Part shown: piece after piece, positions 15,101-28,136 of the stretch
Layout of the letters: every line of letters starts with the position of its first letter
How positions within the stretch are numbered: position 1 is the first letter of the stretch
Assembly: GCA_013239625.1 (NCBI GenBank)
Contig: MU055922.1
Location: 8,150,080 to 8,214,079, forward strand
DNA from: Lama guanicoe
Taxonomy: Eukaryota
DNA: 64,000 nucleotides
Direction of reading: 5' to 3'
Notes under the pieces: generated by a model
The model's database searches: none
Told to the model about the DNA's origin: nothing
Seen by the model: only the letters and a program-made list of their open reading frames with translations
Translations under genes and position numbers: made by a program

Positions 15101-15690
15101 GATGGAGATTTTCTATGAAGAACCTGCCCACACTTACCAAGGGTTAAAGAGAGATGAAATTACTTGGCTGTCTTTTCCAAAAAACCAAAACTGTTTTTAG
15201 AACTGGCTGATTCAAGAAAAAGTTTGCCTTTATACTAACAGAAGATGGTTCCATTTGGGGAAAGGTAGTAATCTTGTTTGGTTCATTTTGAAATACTGGC
15301 AAGTGCAGCCCACCCGAGAAAGACGTGAAGTTGGCCCCGTGAACTTCAGCCAATCCGGAGATACCCAACATTCCGTACGTCTGCACAAGTGGATGCGCAA
15401 GTGCACAGAACAGGCAGACCACTCCCCTTGACTTTCAGACAAGACTACAGGAGACAATGCTCACTTAGCCCTTAAAATTTACATCACACTGTCTGAAACC
15501 TCCTCCATCTCACACAATAAACAACATTTGAACAAAAAGCAGACAACAGCTTTCCTCGTTAATTCCCTCCCCTCTTGCATTGGAGCTGAACAGCTGGGAA
15601 AGTCTGGTTAGTAACTTTTGGGAGGAGGATACTGCATTTTTCAGAGAGACAGACGCCAATATTACAGACATACACAGACAAAAAACTTAC

Positions 15691-15729
15691 CTCCTTAAAG
15701 GTCATAGACCAACTACCGTTTTCAATCAT
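15691..15729 (-). CDS. RABGAP1L: RABGAP1L alternative first exon, coding part MIENGSWSMTFKE (TBC-less isoform)
   Basis: ATG at 15729, 13 codons, then a strong donor GAG|GTAAGT in phase 0 that joins the RENRR exon in frame. It resembles a recalled short-isoform N-terminus (MIENSSWSMTFEE). Confidence 0.8.
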
Positions 15730-16150
15730 AGGTACAAAGACAATTGAAAAAAAAAAAGAATATCCAATGAAATTGCACACCTACTAATACAATTAGGAAA
15801 TGTCAATAATAAAAACAGACACTTGTTAATGCTATTTTGCTATTTTCTTTTTCCTCAGAGTGTCATTTACTCTAAGTTCTCTCGAGGACTGCTAATAACA
15901 TTGGATGGCAGAAAGTATACTTGAGGCGGCCAGTGGGCAAGTCTCAACGCAGGAAGGCTGATACACTAAACTCCTCCCTCTCCACGCTGCTATTTGCAGC
16001 TTGCATGACTGATGAAAATGCTGTGTGTGGAACTTCTTGCAACTACGGTGTGAGTTGTTTATGCTATGTTATTAAAGCTGGGTGGAAGGAACTTCCTTGT
16101 ATGACAAAGTTGGAAACTTTGCAGAATAGTTCATCTTCCGGCAAAAGAAT
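15730..16150 (-). promoter_or_regulatory. RABGAP1L: Putative internal promoter and 5'UTR of the short RABGAP1L isoform
   Basis: Unique, repeat-free sequence directly upstream of the alternative ATG exon, with no good acceptor just before the ATG. The start site cannot be placed from sequence. Confidence 0.45.
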
Positions 16151-16840
16151 GAAATTGCTGGGCAGGGGAAGGCAGAAGGAAAAATAGATCCCAGGTCTCC
16201 TTGGTGTCTGGGGGTTGGAGCTTGGGTGAAGCAGTAAAAGGAAAGGTGAACGTCATTTTTTCCAAGATGAGAAACTAGAGAAATGTGAATGGGTGATTAG
16301 AAGGAAATAAACTCAGCCTTAAAGGAAAAGATGATGGGAAAGGAGGCGGCTTTGGAAACTCCAGCTCAGTATTTTGGGTGTGCTGTCTGCTGCTATAATG
16401 AATTCTTGGCACATGCTTTTAAAGACATTTAAGGGTCAGGAGAAAAATGTTTTCCTAAAAGACCCAGTGCCATTTTATTAGCAACAACACACTCAACTCT
16501 CAAATCTTTTCTTTTGGATGCCTCTTCCAAAAGAGTTTATAGTCATCACATTCAAATTTCATCAAACAGTTTTTGACATTCAAAGACAAATGCCTAGAGA
16601 TGAAACGTTTAAATGTCTACATTGTAAATGAAGGTTTGAGAAAGAGAATCTGGATATCTACAATCATTTTAGGCTCTTCTTTTACCCAACATACCCAGTT
16701 TTATCTTTCTAGTGGAAATTTAAACAATTTTAAATGTCAAACTAAAGAGAAAATCTTGTCAGTAATAACTAACTGGCAGTTGGCAAACCAGACTGCATTT
16801 CTTTTAGCATTTAAAAACAATCTCAGATTATATTCTGGCA

Positions 16841-17054
16841 CAGGGGTCGGCAAACTTTTAATGTAAATGCCCAGACAGTAAATACTTTAGGCTTTGCACG
16901 CCATATGGTCTTTGTTGCGGCTACTCAACTCTGTCCCTGCCGTGCAAAAGCAGCCATAGATAATAAGTATGTGGCTGTTCCAATAAAACTTTATTTACAA
17001 AAACAGGCAGTGGGCCAGACTGGGACCAAAGGCCATACGGTTTGCAAACCCCTG
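16841..17054 (+). mobile_element. MER58A-like hAT-Charlie MITE
   Basis: Terminal inverted repeats caggggtcggcaaac / gtttgcaaacccctg; internal ccaataaaactttatttacaaaaacagg. Confidence 0.9.
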
Positions 17055-19149
17055 TACTACTCTAGCAAACAAACTGAATTTTTAAAAAGCAAATGAGTTC
17101 CAGATGATGTAGAAACATGTAAGTATGACATAATTTTCTTGGTAATACTCCTTTAACAGGAAACAAAACTTACCAAAAATTTTGTTAAAATTTTTGGAGA
17201 GCTAATTCTAAAGATCACCAATAAAGATTCTTAGAAATTCTTAACACACGTAACATTTATACTTCCTCTGACAGTTAATTATAACTCAATCAGCAGACAA
17301 GCATCATCAGAAACCACCTGCCCCTTCTTAGCTAAGTTGCTCAGAACGCTTCAAGGCAGCTCAGAATTGCATCCTCCACCGTCTTACAAAGTGAGCTCAT
17401 CGACTTATCCAGGTGCGAAGAGAAACAGTGGCAGCCTTCTGAAGTTTATCATTAAGTTGTCCCAGGCAGATAAAACCATCCTCTTGACTATCACTATTCA
17501 TTAAAAGCACATGATTTCATAACACAAATATTTCCAAAAGCCAACAACATCTCTGTGATGTAGAAAATAACAAAGTGTAAAGTTATTTTCATCGGAAGAA
17601 AAACATTTTTCAAAGATGGATTTCATTTTCTTGACTTCTCTGAGTAAGGAAGGGACTGACACAGTAAAAAAAAAAATTTTTTTAAAGGGAGGAGGTGGGG
17701 GCCTTTTTTTCCCTAGGTAAGATGTTTAGCATGATTTAAATTTCCTCACTTACCAAGTTAAAAAAAAGTGTGGTCATTGTTCTAAATTATTTCATTAGAT
17801 GTGTAAGGATGGCAAATGATACAAGCACAAATTAAGCTTTATTTAAAAGATCCTGTTTGTGTTTTTTGTACTATTTATAATTAAACAGCTTAATTTTAAA
17901 TTCCATGTAGGGACAACTGCTCTATGAAAATTAGTATGGGCAAGAAAAACTTCCTGTGAACTTACAGGAATCATTTTCTTTCTGTTTGAATTTTTTGATT
18001 AAAAAAAATACTATGTGTAACCTCAAGAAAGAAGTTAAACATTCTAAATTTAATTATACTGAACACAGATAAGATTCTTCAATTAGAAATTATGTATTTA
18101 TAATACTGTCTCCCAAACCCCAGAGAGTTGAAGCATTCCTGATTCTTTCTAGGATCTGCCCATCTAGAACAGGTAATAACATAACCTTCATTATGCTTTG
18201 GGAGATTCACTGAATTTAATTAATTAGCTGTGCTTTTTTAAGGCTTAACTCACATTTGTACGAGTAGTTCTTTAATTAAATAAGAAAAGCGTATCATCTT
18301 CTAAAGACAGGTGAATGCTGTAGTCTCTAAAAAAGTGCCAACAATGGGTTACATTGTCAGAAAACTAACCTTCCCCAAATGAAAACAATCCATCTTCTTA
18401 AAAGAGAAACAAATATTTTAATTTCTGAAGCCGGTAACTGCTTATTCGGGACTTGGCTACTAATTTTTAAAATGACTAAAATTTTAAAAATGATTGTGCA
18501 TATCCATGAATGTTTGCTTTCTAGGGACCTCCAGGAAAATAAAAATACACATGGTGTTTTTCTACAGACAAAGCTTTATCCTGCGCTTCACTTCATTTGA
18601 AATCTATAAGTAAATTTACAAACCAAAATACCAGAGTAGATAAATACCACTCGACAAACTTGGCCAGGTCAAACTTCAGAAGGACAAGAAAAGAGGCTTA
18701 AGCATAAATACTACATATTCTTCTTCTAATAAAGTTTCCTTTTGTGTCTCAGAACCTAGCCATGAGGATAAACAGAAAGAGTGCGCCAAAGGCTATGAGC
18801 AGTCATTACACAGTTCACTGAGTTTCAAATACAAGACCAGGCAGCACCAGCCGTGTGTATATACCCAACGTGCCTATTTATATATGTTTAAGTCTGTGTG
18901 CATGTGTATACACAGATGTATACACTACACACATACATACACATCTACGAAAATAAATGTACCACCCGCTTCTGTCAGCCTTTCCCTTATAAGCACGAGC
19001 ACACACAGGATCCCTAGTCACTGATTCGCTCCAATTCTGACAGGAAGGTCTCCCTCCCACACATATGGCCTCTGCACAGGTATGAATGAGGTTGATAAAA
19101 AGAAGATGGCGGGCAGGTGCCAATCCTCTTGGAACATTTTGCTTGGATT

Positions 19150-19277
19150 TTTTTCTGTTTGAGATACAATTCACACACCATAAAATTCATCTTTTTAAAG
19201 TGTATAATCTGGTGGTTTCACTACATTCTCAAAGTTGTACAACCATCACCACTCTCAAATTCCAGAACATTTCCACT
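19150..19277 (-). mobile_element. L1M 3' end
   Basis: ttgagatacaattcacacaccataaaattc...aagttgtacaaccatcaccac. Confidence 0.8.
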
Positions 19278-21644
19278 GCGCTTAGGGTTCTAAAATTTAA
19301 ATGCACACCAACACTGTTTCATCAAGTGTTAGATACAGGTGAGTACAGTGACCTAACCTGAGAATGCAGACAGCTGTCTACGTCAGAAAAACGGACACAA
19401 AACACCTGGTTGGACAGACACAGCAAGAATGTGACTGCCGAGAGCTCTGCCTGCATTGTTGGACCTTTAATCCCACCTCTGGCTTCCCTGAAATGGCCCT
19501 TTTTGTACCCCGCTATGCCCAAGAAAAATAGTATCAAGCTGAAAAATCAGAAGATCTTATGGTATGACACTTCTGAGCCTTTTTTAAAAATTGACACAAT
19601 CTTCCTAAGTCCCTTGCCATACAGCAAGCGAGGGGGTAAACACAGAATTTTAAGCAGTATGGATCCTAATGGTTGATTCAATGCCTTCAGAGATCTCCCC
19701 AAGTTATTCTTGAGAATTTACATAACTAGGCTCACAGTCTAAGACCTATGAATGACAAAGTGCTTATTCCCATGGCAGAGATCTTATTCTTGACTGGATT
19801 AAATTTGTAAGATGCCAGAAGATATTTTTCTAAGACACTTTCCTAACTTTAATAAAGACAGTGATAGTTAGCTTCTTAAACCAGACACTGAGTATCTGAA
19901 AGAACAAACCTATTCATGGCTGGATGCTGTGTTGTCAGCTGTCACCTTGAAAATGTAATTTTAATTTGAGGACTATAACTTTACCAAGTCTATCTCCAGT
20001 ACAAATTTCTAGACATTATTAAAAGGGTGTAAAAATAGTAGTTGGATGACGTACTGATACGCTATTACAGCAATACAAAAGAAATCGTTATAGAGGGTAT
20101 CTGATATGCACAAATAGGACATTCAAGCTTAAAAGTTAGCACCTGTTTTCAAAAGAAAAAAAGTTTTATTCTACTTTGATCTCTCAGTAACAATTGTATA
20201 CATCAACAGTCTACGTGTGATAATTACTTTTAAAAAATAATATGCATCATACTATTTATACATACGTATCTTCTTTGACACAAAAAGGATGTAAGAAACA
20301 GTAACAAGTTCAGTTCCAGGCTGATGTTAAGTTTACACAGTTTTCATCTTTCATTTCCCTCTCTTCTGTTTTAAAGGATCCTTCCCAGATCTGGCTCATT
20401 GTGATGGCAGCGTTTAGAAAATTAGAATGATGCAAGCGGTAGGAGAGCTTCATTCTGGATCCTTAACAGTATTTTATAATCACTCCTTCAAGCCTTTCTC
20501 AAGCGGCACGTTACATAAGCTATGGTAAAATCGGTTTTATTGGTGGGGAGGGGGCAGGAGGAGGTGGAAATCAGCTTTGAAATTTATCTACGAGCACCTT
20601 ATAGGGTAATAGTTACCTGCCATTGCAGTATGTGGGATTTTATTATCAGCCAGTTTTATAAACAAGGGAGAAACTTACTGATGTTAGATTATTGGGCAGC
20701 AATACTTGGGAGAACCAGGAGGAAGACGGGGAGAGCTAACCAGTGGGGCAGACACACGCAAGGCGATGCTGTTCCTGTGATACGTGGGTAATTAGAGGCA
20801 GCAGGCCATAATAAGGCTAGTAACGACCATCCATCGAACACCAGCTCTGTGCTGGGTACCAAACATCCAGCATCCCCCATCCTCAGAGCAAGCCTTCAAG
20901 GAAGTGTGGATACTGTATGTTTTACAAATAAGGAAAAGGTTCAATAATAGTCCAACACGCTGAGCCAATGGCATAGGGGTTAAGGCTCCCAACCTGGATT
21001 CCAAATCCTGTCTCCTTTTTTAAAAATTCTGGTTTTGAACTCAGATCCGACTACAAAATCCATATACCCCTTCCACCAGTCCCCTCTGTGAACCTCCCAA
21101 ACTAGTCCGTTCAGGGACAGAGACAAGTACTGTGTGACTGCAGCTGCCCATGGCCAGCTCTCTGACCAAGCAAGAGCAACTCTCGTTACAAAGGTGGAAG
21201 TCATCCCGCGGCGGGGGATTTAGTTAAGTCCCCACAGCACTTTTCCTGGCAGGACATTTCGGCATTGCCGGTGCTCAGTGTACAAATACAATATTCTCTT
21301 ATCTTAATGTACTGATGTTGGGGAGAACCACCATGCAACTGTAGGAATCTGAAGAATTAAAACATATTGAAGAGAGACAATGATATTTCAGCTGGAACAA
21401 AATAAGTCTGAAATTAGCATTTCCCCAGCAGGGCTTCATGGGAACAGTGTGGCTAATTACCACTGAAGAGACCTTTGTGACTAGCCCAATTTTTAAAAAA
21501 TACTAAAATTAACTAAGATAGTAAACTGAAACCATTTGGATTCTGGAACTGCACACTGTCGTGACACGTCACTGTTACTCAGAAATTTGTGGGAACAAAT
21601 GTTGCAACAGACACCAGCACTGTGCTCGATACACCTTTGCGGTT

Positions 21645-21650
21645 TTTATT
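21645..21650 (-). terminator. RABGAP1L: Poly(A) signal AATAAA for the FVYL terminal exon
   Basis: tttatt on the + strand about 260 nt past the stop, followed on the minus strand by a GU-rich element (GGTGTCTGTTG). Confidence 0.65.
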
Positions 21651-21907
21651 TTTCCTTTCAAATGAGTTTGTATTTTTAACATTGGCTACACACAGAGGGA
21701 AGTCTGCAACCTTCTCGTGCCCGTCTCGGAACGGCTCGCCTTCTACGAGTCTTTGTGGATGTGAGCGTGCACAGCTAAACCAGTGCTCTGCCATTTTCCT
21801 CTTTCCTCATTTTTGAAAATAGTCGATAGCCACTTTCTCTCTTTCTTTTCCCCTTTCTCTCAGCTTCTTATGAAGATTCCCAGTACAAATGCAACAGGTG
21901 AAGTTAC

Positions 21908-21922
21908 CTACAAATATACAAA
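21908..21922 (-). CDS. RABGAP1L: RABGAP1L alternative terminal exon, coding part FVYL* (short C-terminus isoform)
   Basis: The minus strand reads TTTCTTTTCTTTCAG|TTT GTA TAT TTG TAG after a 190-nt intron. This gives ...DPMDRYKFVYL*, the C-terminus I recall for the shorter human isoform. Confidence 0.88.
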   Translation of the reverse strand, partial: FVYL

Positions 21923-22112
21923 CTGAAAGAAAAGAAATATTATGGTTGGCGCCTCAGGAGTCTCCTGAGATGAGAACATACCTGGACACCGAGCACGGTC
22001 AGAGAGGGTCTACGTCAATCAAGAAGGAACAGAGGGAAGCGAACTTCCCACAGCTGCAGCTTTGGGGGAAAGAAGGCACTTTGCTCTGACAGGTGCCCCG
22101 TGACTCCCATAC

Positions 22113-22205
22113 CTTGTATCTGTCCATCGGGTCTTCCTGCTGCAGCTGGCTCTCTCGCATGGTCTGATATTCTTTCTCATATTTCTTTAACTTCTTGGTC
22201 GGTAC
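22113..22205 (-). CDS. RABGAP1L: RABGAP1L internal coding exon, VPTKKLKKYEKEYQTMRESQLQQEDPMDRYK (93 nt, phase 0/0)
   Basis: The peptide matches the recalled RABGAP1L sequence after the TBC domain. Acceptor CCTGCAG (AG at 22207-22206) and donor AAG|GTATGG (GT at 22112-22111). Confidence 0.97.
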
Positions 22206-22333
22206 CTGCAGGAGTGACAGGAAAAGCATGTTAGACGTTCCAGTGTGTTTCCCAATGAAGCTGAAGGAGTGAAAAACAACTAACAAACTGGCTTCCTTGC
22301 CAGGAAGCTCTCCCCTCCCTATACATTCTTTAC

Positions 22334-22664
22334 TGAGAAGAGCTTTAACCCAGAGGCTCTGCTCCAGGAAGGAGGTAACAGGCAGATAATCCAGAAGATA
22401 TTTCAGAAGATAATCTCAGAATATGCCAGGAAAACTCATTGAGGTTAAGAGGAATGCAACACCCTGTAAAACACCCTGATTGTTATCACCTTTTCGGTTC
22501 CTTAAAGATCTTCTATAAAACCTCAAAACCCCAGCCGCACAGTCTCTGAGGCATTACTGTGACTCCCCTTTGCCTGGCAAAGCAATAAAGCGACTTTGAT
22601 TTTCTGAAAACTCTGCCTCTTTCAATCCAGTTTTCAGGGTACGGAGGCCGGTTTTGTGGTAACA
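22334..22664 (+). mobile_element. ERV1-type solo LTR, antisense to the gene (5' boundary uncertain)
   Basis: TATAAAA near 22514, ctcccctttgcctggcaaagcAATAAAgc, and a terminal ...ggtaaca. Confidence 0.7.
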
Positions 22665-22729
22665 AAATCTCTGGCATTCTAGTGGAACACATCCAACTCA
22701 ACGCAGGGGGAAAAATTTAGATTCTAGAG

Positions 22730-22919
22730 CAGAGTCTGCAAACTTTTTCTGTAAAGGTCCAGATAGCATCTATTTTAGGCTTTGTGAGCCATATGGTCTA
22801 GGTCACAACAACTCCACCGTTGTTGTTGCACAAAAGCTGCTGTCGGTGACACAGCTGAGTATGGCCATGTTCCAACAAAACTTTATTCACCAAAATGAAC
22901 TACAGTTTGTCCATCTCTG
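22730..22919 (+). mobile_element. MER58A-like hAT MITE (degenerate)
   Basis: gcaaactttttctgtaaaggtccagatag...ttccaacaaaactttatt; paralogous to 16841-17054. Confidence 0.8.
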
Positions 22920-24717
22920 TTTTACAGCATTGCTCATTTATCATCACTTTTTCTTGTTAATATATTTAACAGTGCTATTAATTCAGTTAAACTGCCTCTC
23001 TTTAAGTAAAATTCACTCTTCTACCATGTGAAAAGTGAAAATTATTTCATAAAACTTTTAAAAACTGGACAACAAAAGAAAATTTAATGGAGCCTGTGTA
23101 CTAGAGAGAAAGCAAACTGTAAACTGGCAGGTAAACAAGTGTCTATTTCATAATGACTATCAGGAGAATTAAATCACATAAGTATCTAAAATAATGCCTG
23201 CTTCATGGAAATTTTTTAAACTGTGTTTCCAGAGAGCATTCAGTAAAATTAACCCATTGTAATCTATTACATGTTCCATGTAACAGGTTAAGTTTACTTT
23301 TAGCCTTTTCTTAGATGATCCAAGTTATATAATCTTTTTAAACATCAGAATCTTTCCTCAATGTTCAAGTCCTAAAGTACGTGACTTGAAATGAAGAAAA
23401 AGTACATCCAAGTTTTTAAATGATAACAAGGGCATTACTTTGCTAAATCCTTGGGGACTCAGTCAAGGAAAGGACCACGTGCTGATGTCCCTCAGTACCC
23501 ACCATGGAACCCACAGCAAAGCAACTGGCCCACACGAGGCCATCAACAGGTTGTTTCTTGTCAAGTTCAAAATATGGTATTTTGAAAACATGTACGTGTG
23601 TGTGTGAGAGAGAGAGCAAGAGTGAAAGCACCAGAATGAATATAAAATTATCTTCTTGTTTCCTGGGATGAGGATAGTTTCAGTTCTCTTGAATCTGGCC
23701 AGAGAACGTGTTAAATAAAAAGCAAAGACATCAGGTGTCGTCCCCCCGCCACCCACTTATTCTAATCACTGTCCCCCCCCACCCTCCCCCGCCAGGAGAA
23801 CCCCGATGGACTGGAATGATCTGCTTCTCACCACAACTGGGCGGTTTCACACAGCTCACAGAGTGCAAATCACTCAACAACCACGTGAGGACAACATTCA
23901 TCTGGCTCACGGAGGAATGCCTACCCGGTCAAGACAAGATGGAAGGACACTTTCCAGCGTGTAACTGAATTGCAAAACCAGTGCTGAATATTGCCAGGAG
24001 AAACAAATCCTTCATTACTCCATCTCCAGAGACCTTCAACAGTACACTGGGACCAACGAGGGTGCAAGAGCGAGGGAAACACCACCTGCAGAGTGTGGCC
24101 CCAAGGTCATCGATAGACAAGAAGGGAAATACACATGATCATGTGCTGACAAAACAGCAACAACGATATTGTTTTTCCTGACTCTGAGAGGGGCAATTTC
24201 CTCTAGTTTTCTCTTCTCTGTGTGCATTAATCATACACTCTGAAAGCCAAAACAGACTCTCTGGATGGAGTGGCCAGTCAGTAGCACTGAAGTGGCTCTG
24301 GAGCAGAGGAGAGAAGGGAAGATGTCTCAGAGTTCCACACATAGCCCTAGGAGGAGAGGATCAGGCGAGAAGGGACAGGGAGCCCATGCCGGCAGCCACT
24401 TACCCACAAGATGAGGAGGAGGTCCAATACTTTACTATTTTTTACAGCTGAATACTGGTACCAGTGGGTACCAGGCTAAAGGTCAGTCCTACGTGGATGT
24501 ATTTCTACATGGTTTTAAAATGGACCCATGCACCAATGACTGAATTATATATTGCAAGCTTGTCCCTAGAGAATTTCTTCCAAAACTGTATTTTTTTAAA
24601 TTGCAACTATTACTGAGGGTTTTTTTCTTTATACATGTGAAAGAGTGTCCTTTTAAAAGTCAATCTTGTTACTTATGTTAGGAGGTTCACTTCAAAGTGA
24701 AATTTTATAAAATGCAT

Positions 24718-24897
24718 NNNNNNNNNNNNNNNNNNNNNNNNNNNNNNNNNNNNNNNNNNNNNNNNNNNNNNNNNNNNNNNNNNNNNNNNNNNNNNNNNNN
24801 NNNNNNNNNNNNNNNNNNNNNNNNNNNNNNNNNNNNNNNNNNNNNNNNNNNNNNNNNNNNNNNNNNNNNNNNNNNNNNNNNNNNNNNNNNNNNNNNN
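24718..24897. other. Assembly gap (180 N)
   Basis: N run. Confidence 1.
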
Positions 24898-25204
24898 TGA
24901 AAGAGGAAAAAAAGGCAGAGGAGGAAGGAGAGCTGATAGGAAACTCCTGTTATTTATGAGATAAAGAAAAAAGACTGTTATGGCTTCCAAAACTATATTT
25001 AAGGACAAGTCCATGTTATTTTAGGAAACGTAATATTGAACTTGACTTTTTCTTATCAAAGTAACTTAAAAACCTCTTCACTGTGTAGTTTTAATTTATA
25101 GAAACGTTATTAAGAATTATTAAAATTTAAACAACCTATTATTTCAAAAGCAGTAATAATTATTTTTCCCCTTAGGTAAATACAAGGTAAGTGTACACTT
25201 GAAG

Positions 25205-25351
25205 AATGAGATTTAAAGCATACGGGAGGATGTGTGTAAGTTAGATACAAATACTATGCCATTTTATATAAGGGACTTGAGTACCTGTAGATTTTGGTAT
25301 CTGTAGAGGGTCCTGGAACCAATTCCCTGTGGATACGAAGGGACGACTGTA
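25205..25351. mobile_element. MER2-like TcMar-Tigger fragment
   Basis: atttaaagcatacgggaggatgtg...ggaaccaattccctgtggatacgaagggacgactgta, ending in TIR plus TA. Confidence 0.85.
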
Positions 25352-25432
25352 ATTAACTGATTTGTTTTACCCGTTCTCAGTGTTAATGATGCTGGCCTCA
25401 GTTGGAGATATAGAAGGCCGGACTGAAAAAGG

Positions 25433-25952
25433 TACAGCAGTTCCCCCTTATCCAGAGGGGATGTTTCAAGACCCACAGCAGACGTCTGAAACTGCAGCTA
25501 GTACCAAACTCTGCATATATTTTTCTCTATAGACATACCTACAATAGAGTTTAACTTATAAACTAGGCACAGTAAGAGATTAACAATAGTAACTAACAAT
25601 AACATAGAACAATTATAATGCACTGTAATAAACGAGTTACTCGAAACGAGCCCTGTCATATCCCAGGAGTCGATCTGATAACCGAGGCAGCTACTTGGTG
25701 ACTCCCGGGCAGGTAGCGGACGCAGAGCGCATACACCAGACAAAGGGATGATCTGCATCCTGGGCGGACAGACTGCAGTGGGATGGTGGGAGATTTCAAA
25801 ACCCTCCTCAGAATGGCTTGAAATTTAAAACTTAAGAATTGTTTATTTCTGGGGCTTTCCATTTAATATTTTCGAGCTGCAGTTGACCGAGGATAACCAA
25901 AGGTAACGGAAACCTGGGAATGTGAAACCACCAGTAAGGGGGGGCTACCATG
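25433..25952. mobile_element. MER44/Tigger7-like DNA transposon
   Basis: TA plus cagcagttcccccttatcc ... taagggggggctac inverted ends. Confidence 0.85.
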
Positions 25953-27029
25953 TGTTCACCTTTCTTTGTTTCTCACACACTCTCTCCTTTTCATTTACAG
26001 TATCTATGTCCTATTTTTATATATGACTCTGATATAATGAATGTAAGTGTGTATATACATTTTGTTATAGATTAATTTTGATGAATTTGTATTAATTATC
26101 TCAGTAATCATACCCACCTGCATGATCTTTTTTCATGTTTCTAGTTTTATAATATTATTTTGAACACTCCTTATTAATATCTGAATTTCCTATGCATTAG
26201 TTATTTCTAATAAAATACACTTCTTTTACATATATGATTTGGTTGGGTTTCTTAATTATCAAATATGATCTTTATACATTTAACAAGTTCAGGTGCCTTA
26301 AAATGGAACAGACCTTAAATTTTTGGCAGTAATCAATGGAACAGGAGAACTCTTAGGGGACAGATTTGGAATACACCTGCTATATTAACTTAAGGAAAAT
26401 GCATACATAGAGCAAGAGGGAAACGGCACAGCACGTCAGACTATCTGTGTGGAGATTTTCCAGCTTGGTCCACACTCTGCGATGTACACGGAATGATCTT
26501 TGGCATATGCTGATATTATGAAGTAGTCTATCAATTTTGCGAAAAGTTAGGTTTGAATTTAACTAGAGAAAAGAATCTAGGAGCCACTAGTGTTTCTCCA
26601 GGTGGGGGTCCTGCTGGCCTTTTGGGTGGAATGCTCTTTGGTGAGTTAGACTCCACTTCCTGTCCTGAGCCCCTGGCATCCCTGGCCCACCTGTCACTTC
26701 ACCTGTCAGATGCTGGTTGTGGCAATGAGGATGCGCACACACCTTTCCAAACAGAAAGCGGAGGGCACTGGGGGATGGGAGGTGTGAAGGGTAGAAGCTT
26801 GGGGAGTGGGATTCCTACTGAAAACCACTGCACTAAAACCTGTCATTGAAGACAAAGGAAGGCCTGGACCAGCACGTGAGGTTTTCAGCATTGTGTTCAC
26901 ACGGGATGCTGCCTGCTTCCCTCTGCTGTTTTTGATCAGCAGTAATTGGCGCTAAGAAAGACACAAAATGCCTTCATGTCAAAGAATTTCCTCAAGTTTT
27001 AAAGCTTGAATTTAGAAAATTCTATATTT

Positions 27030-27180
27030 AAGCCACCCAGCAACTCTGTAAGGTAAGTATTATTTGGATTTCACAAATAAGAAAATGGAAGAGAGGTAAC
27101 TTGCCCAAGGTCATTAAGAGAGTCAGAAATGGGATCCTGGCAGTCTGTCTCCAGAGCCTGCCCTCTTCAACCACTTTGAT
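27030..27180 (-). mobile_element. MIR SINE
   Basis: gtaacttgcccaaggtca core. Confidence 0.7.
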
Positions 27181-28136
27181 CTACTGCCTGGGACCAGATG
27201 ATCAAGGCAAAGCTCGGGAAGTTGACAGTATAGATGTAATGCCAATTGTGTGCCTAATTACCTTACAGTTTCATAAGTGCAACAGCAGATGTTCATAAAA
27301 GGTACAAGGGTGATCAAGAAGAAATTTACCGGGGTAGGGGGAGAGCACCTCAGGGGGATTTTCACTATGACTGGTTTATGCAAACTTCCAGCCCAATTAA
27401 AAGATACTTCATTTCTCTTGTGTTAAATTTTAACAAGGGGCCAGGAACTTGTAAGAGCTATTTTCTCAGGGTGTCATCAATCTGCCCCTCTGTTTCAGAA
27501 ATAAAGGATACAAAAATACTTATTGATAGATGCAAATGATGGCAAAGTAAATCACAATTTTTAAAAAGGCTGATAAGATCTGGTTAATATTTTCCTGATG
27601 GTCAGAGGTCTGACTGCCTAAAAAATTAACAGGCTAAAGGTTTAGCCATTATGTACTGCTCTCACTCACTTCAGATAGTTTCTTAGGATAAATGTGAATG
27701 ATCCCATTTAACATATTAATCAGTAGGCAGGGAGAAAACAGGTAAGAAGTACAGTAGCGCGTTTCGTGATGATGGTGGGGAGGGGCAGACTGAGAGTTTC
27801 CAATTCAGGGTGATTTCTGCAAAGACCTGTCAAGATCTGGACAGAAAGTGCATCAGTGGCAATTGAAATTCTAACAGTCAGTCTACAGTAGCCCAAAGGA
27901 CCCGGGATGCAACAGACAGGAAGGAATTAAGAGGAGAAGACATGTAAGACGGACCGTGTCCCACAGGCTTCATTTAATCCTCTTCACAGCGTTCGGCAAA
28001 AGAAGCTACTTCTACTCTTTTTGAGTTTTTGGCTCTAGGAGGTGGGGGAATAAAGTCAATATTTTACCCCAGAGGACTAGAGGGGAGAAAACCTTCAGAG
28101 AACATGGGAGCCTCTAAACGATTACTAATTGTATTC

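Noticed and set aside
24395-24410. Strong gene-strand donor TGG|GTAAGT (similar ones near 8065, 17750 and 33717)
   Set aside because: No convincing paired acceptor or ATG frame; isolated donors are common in long introns.
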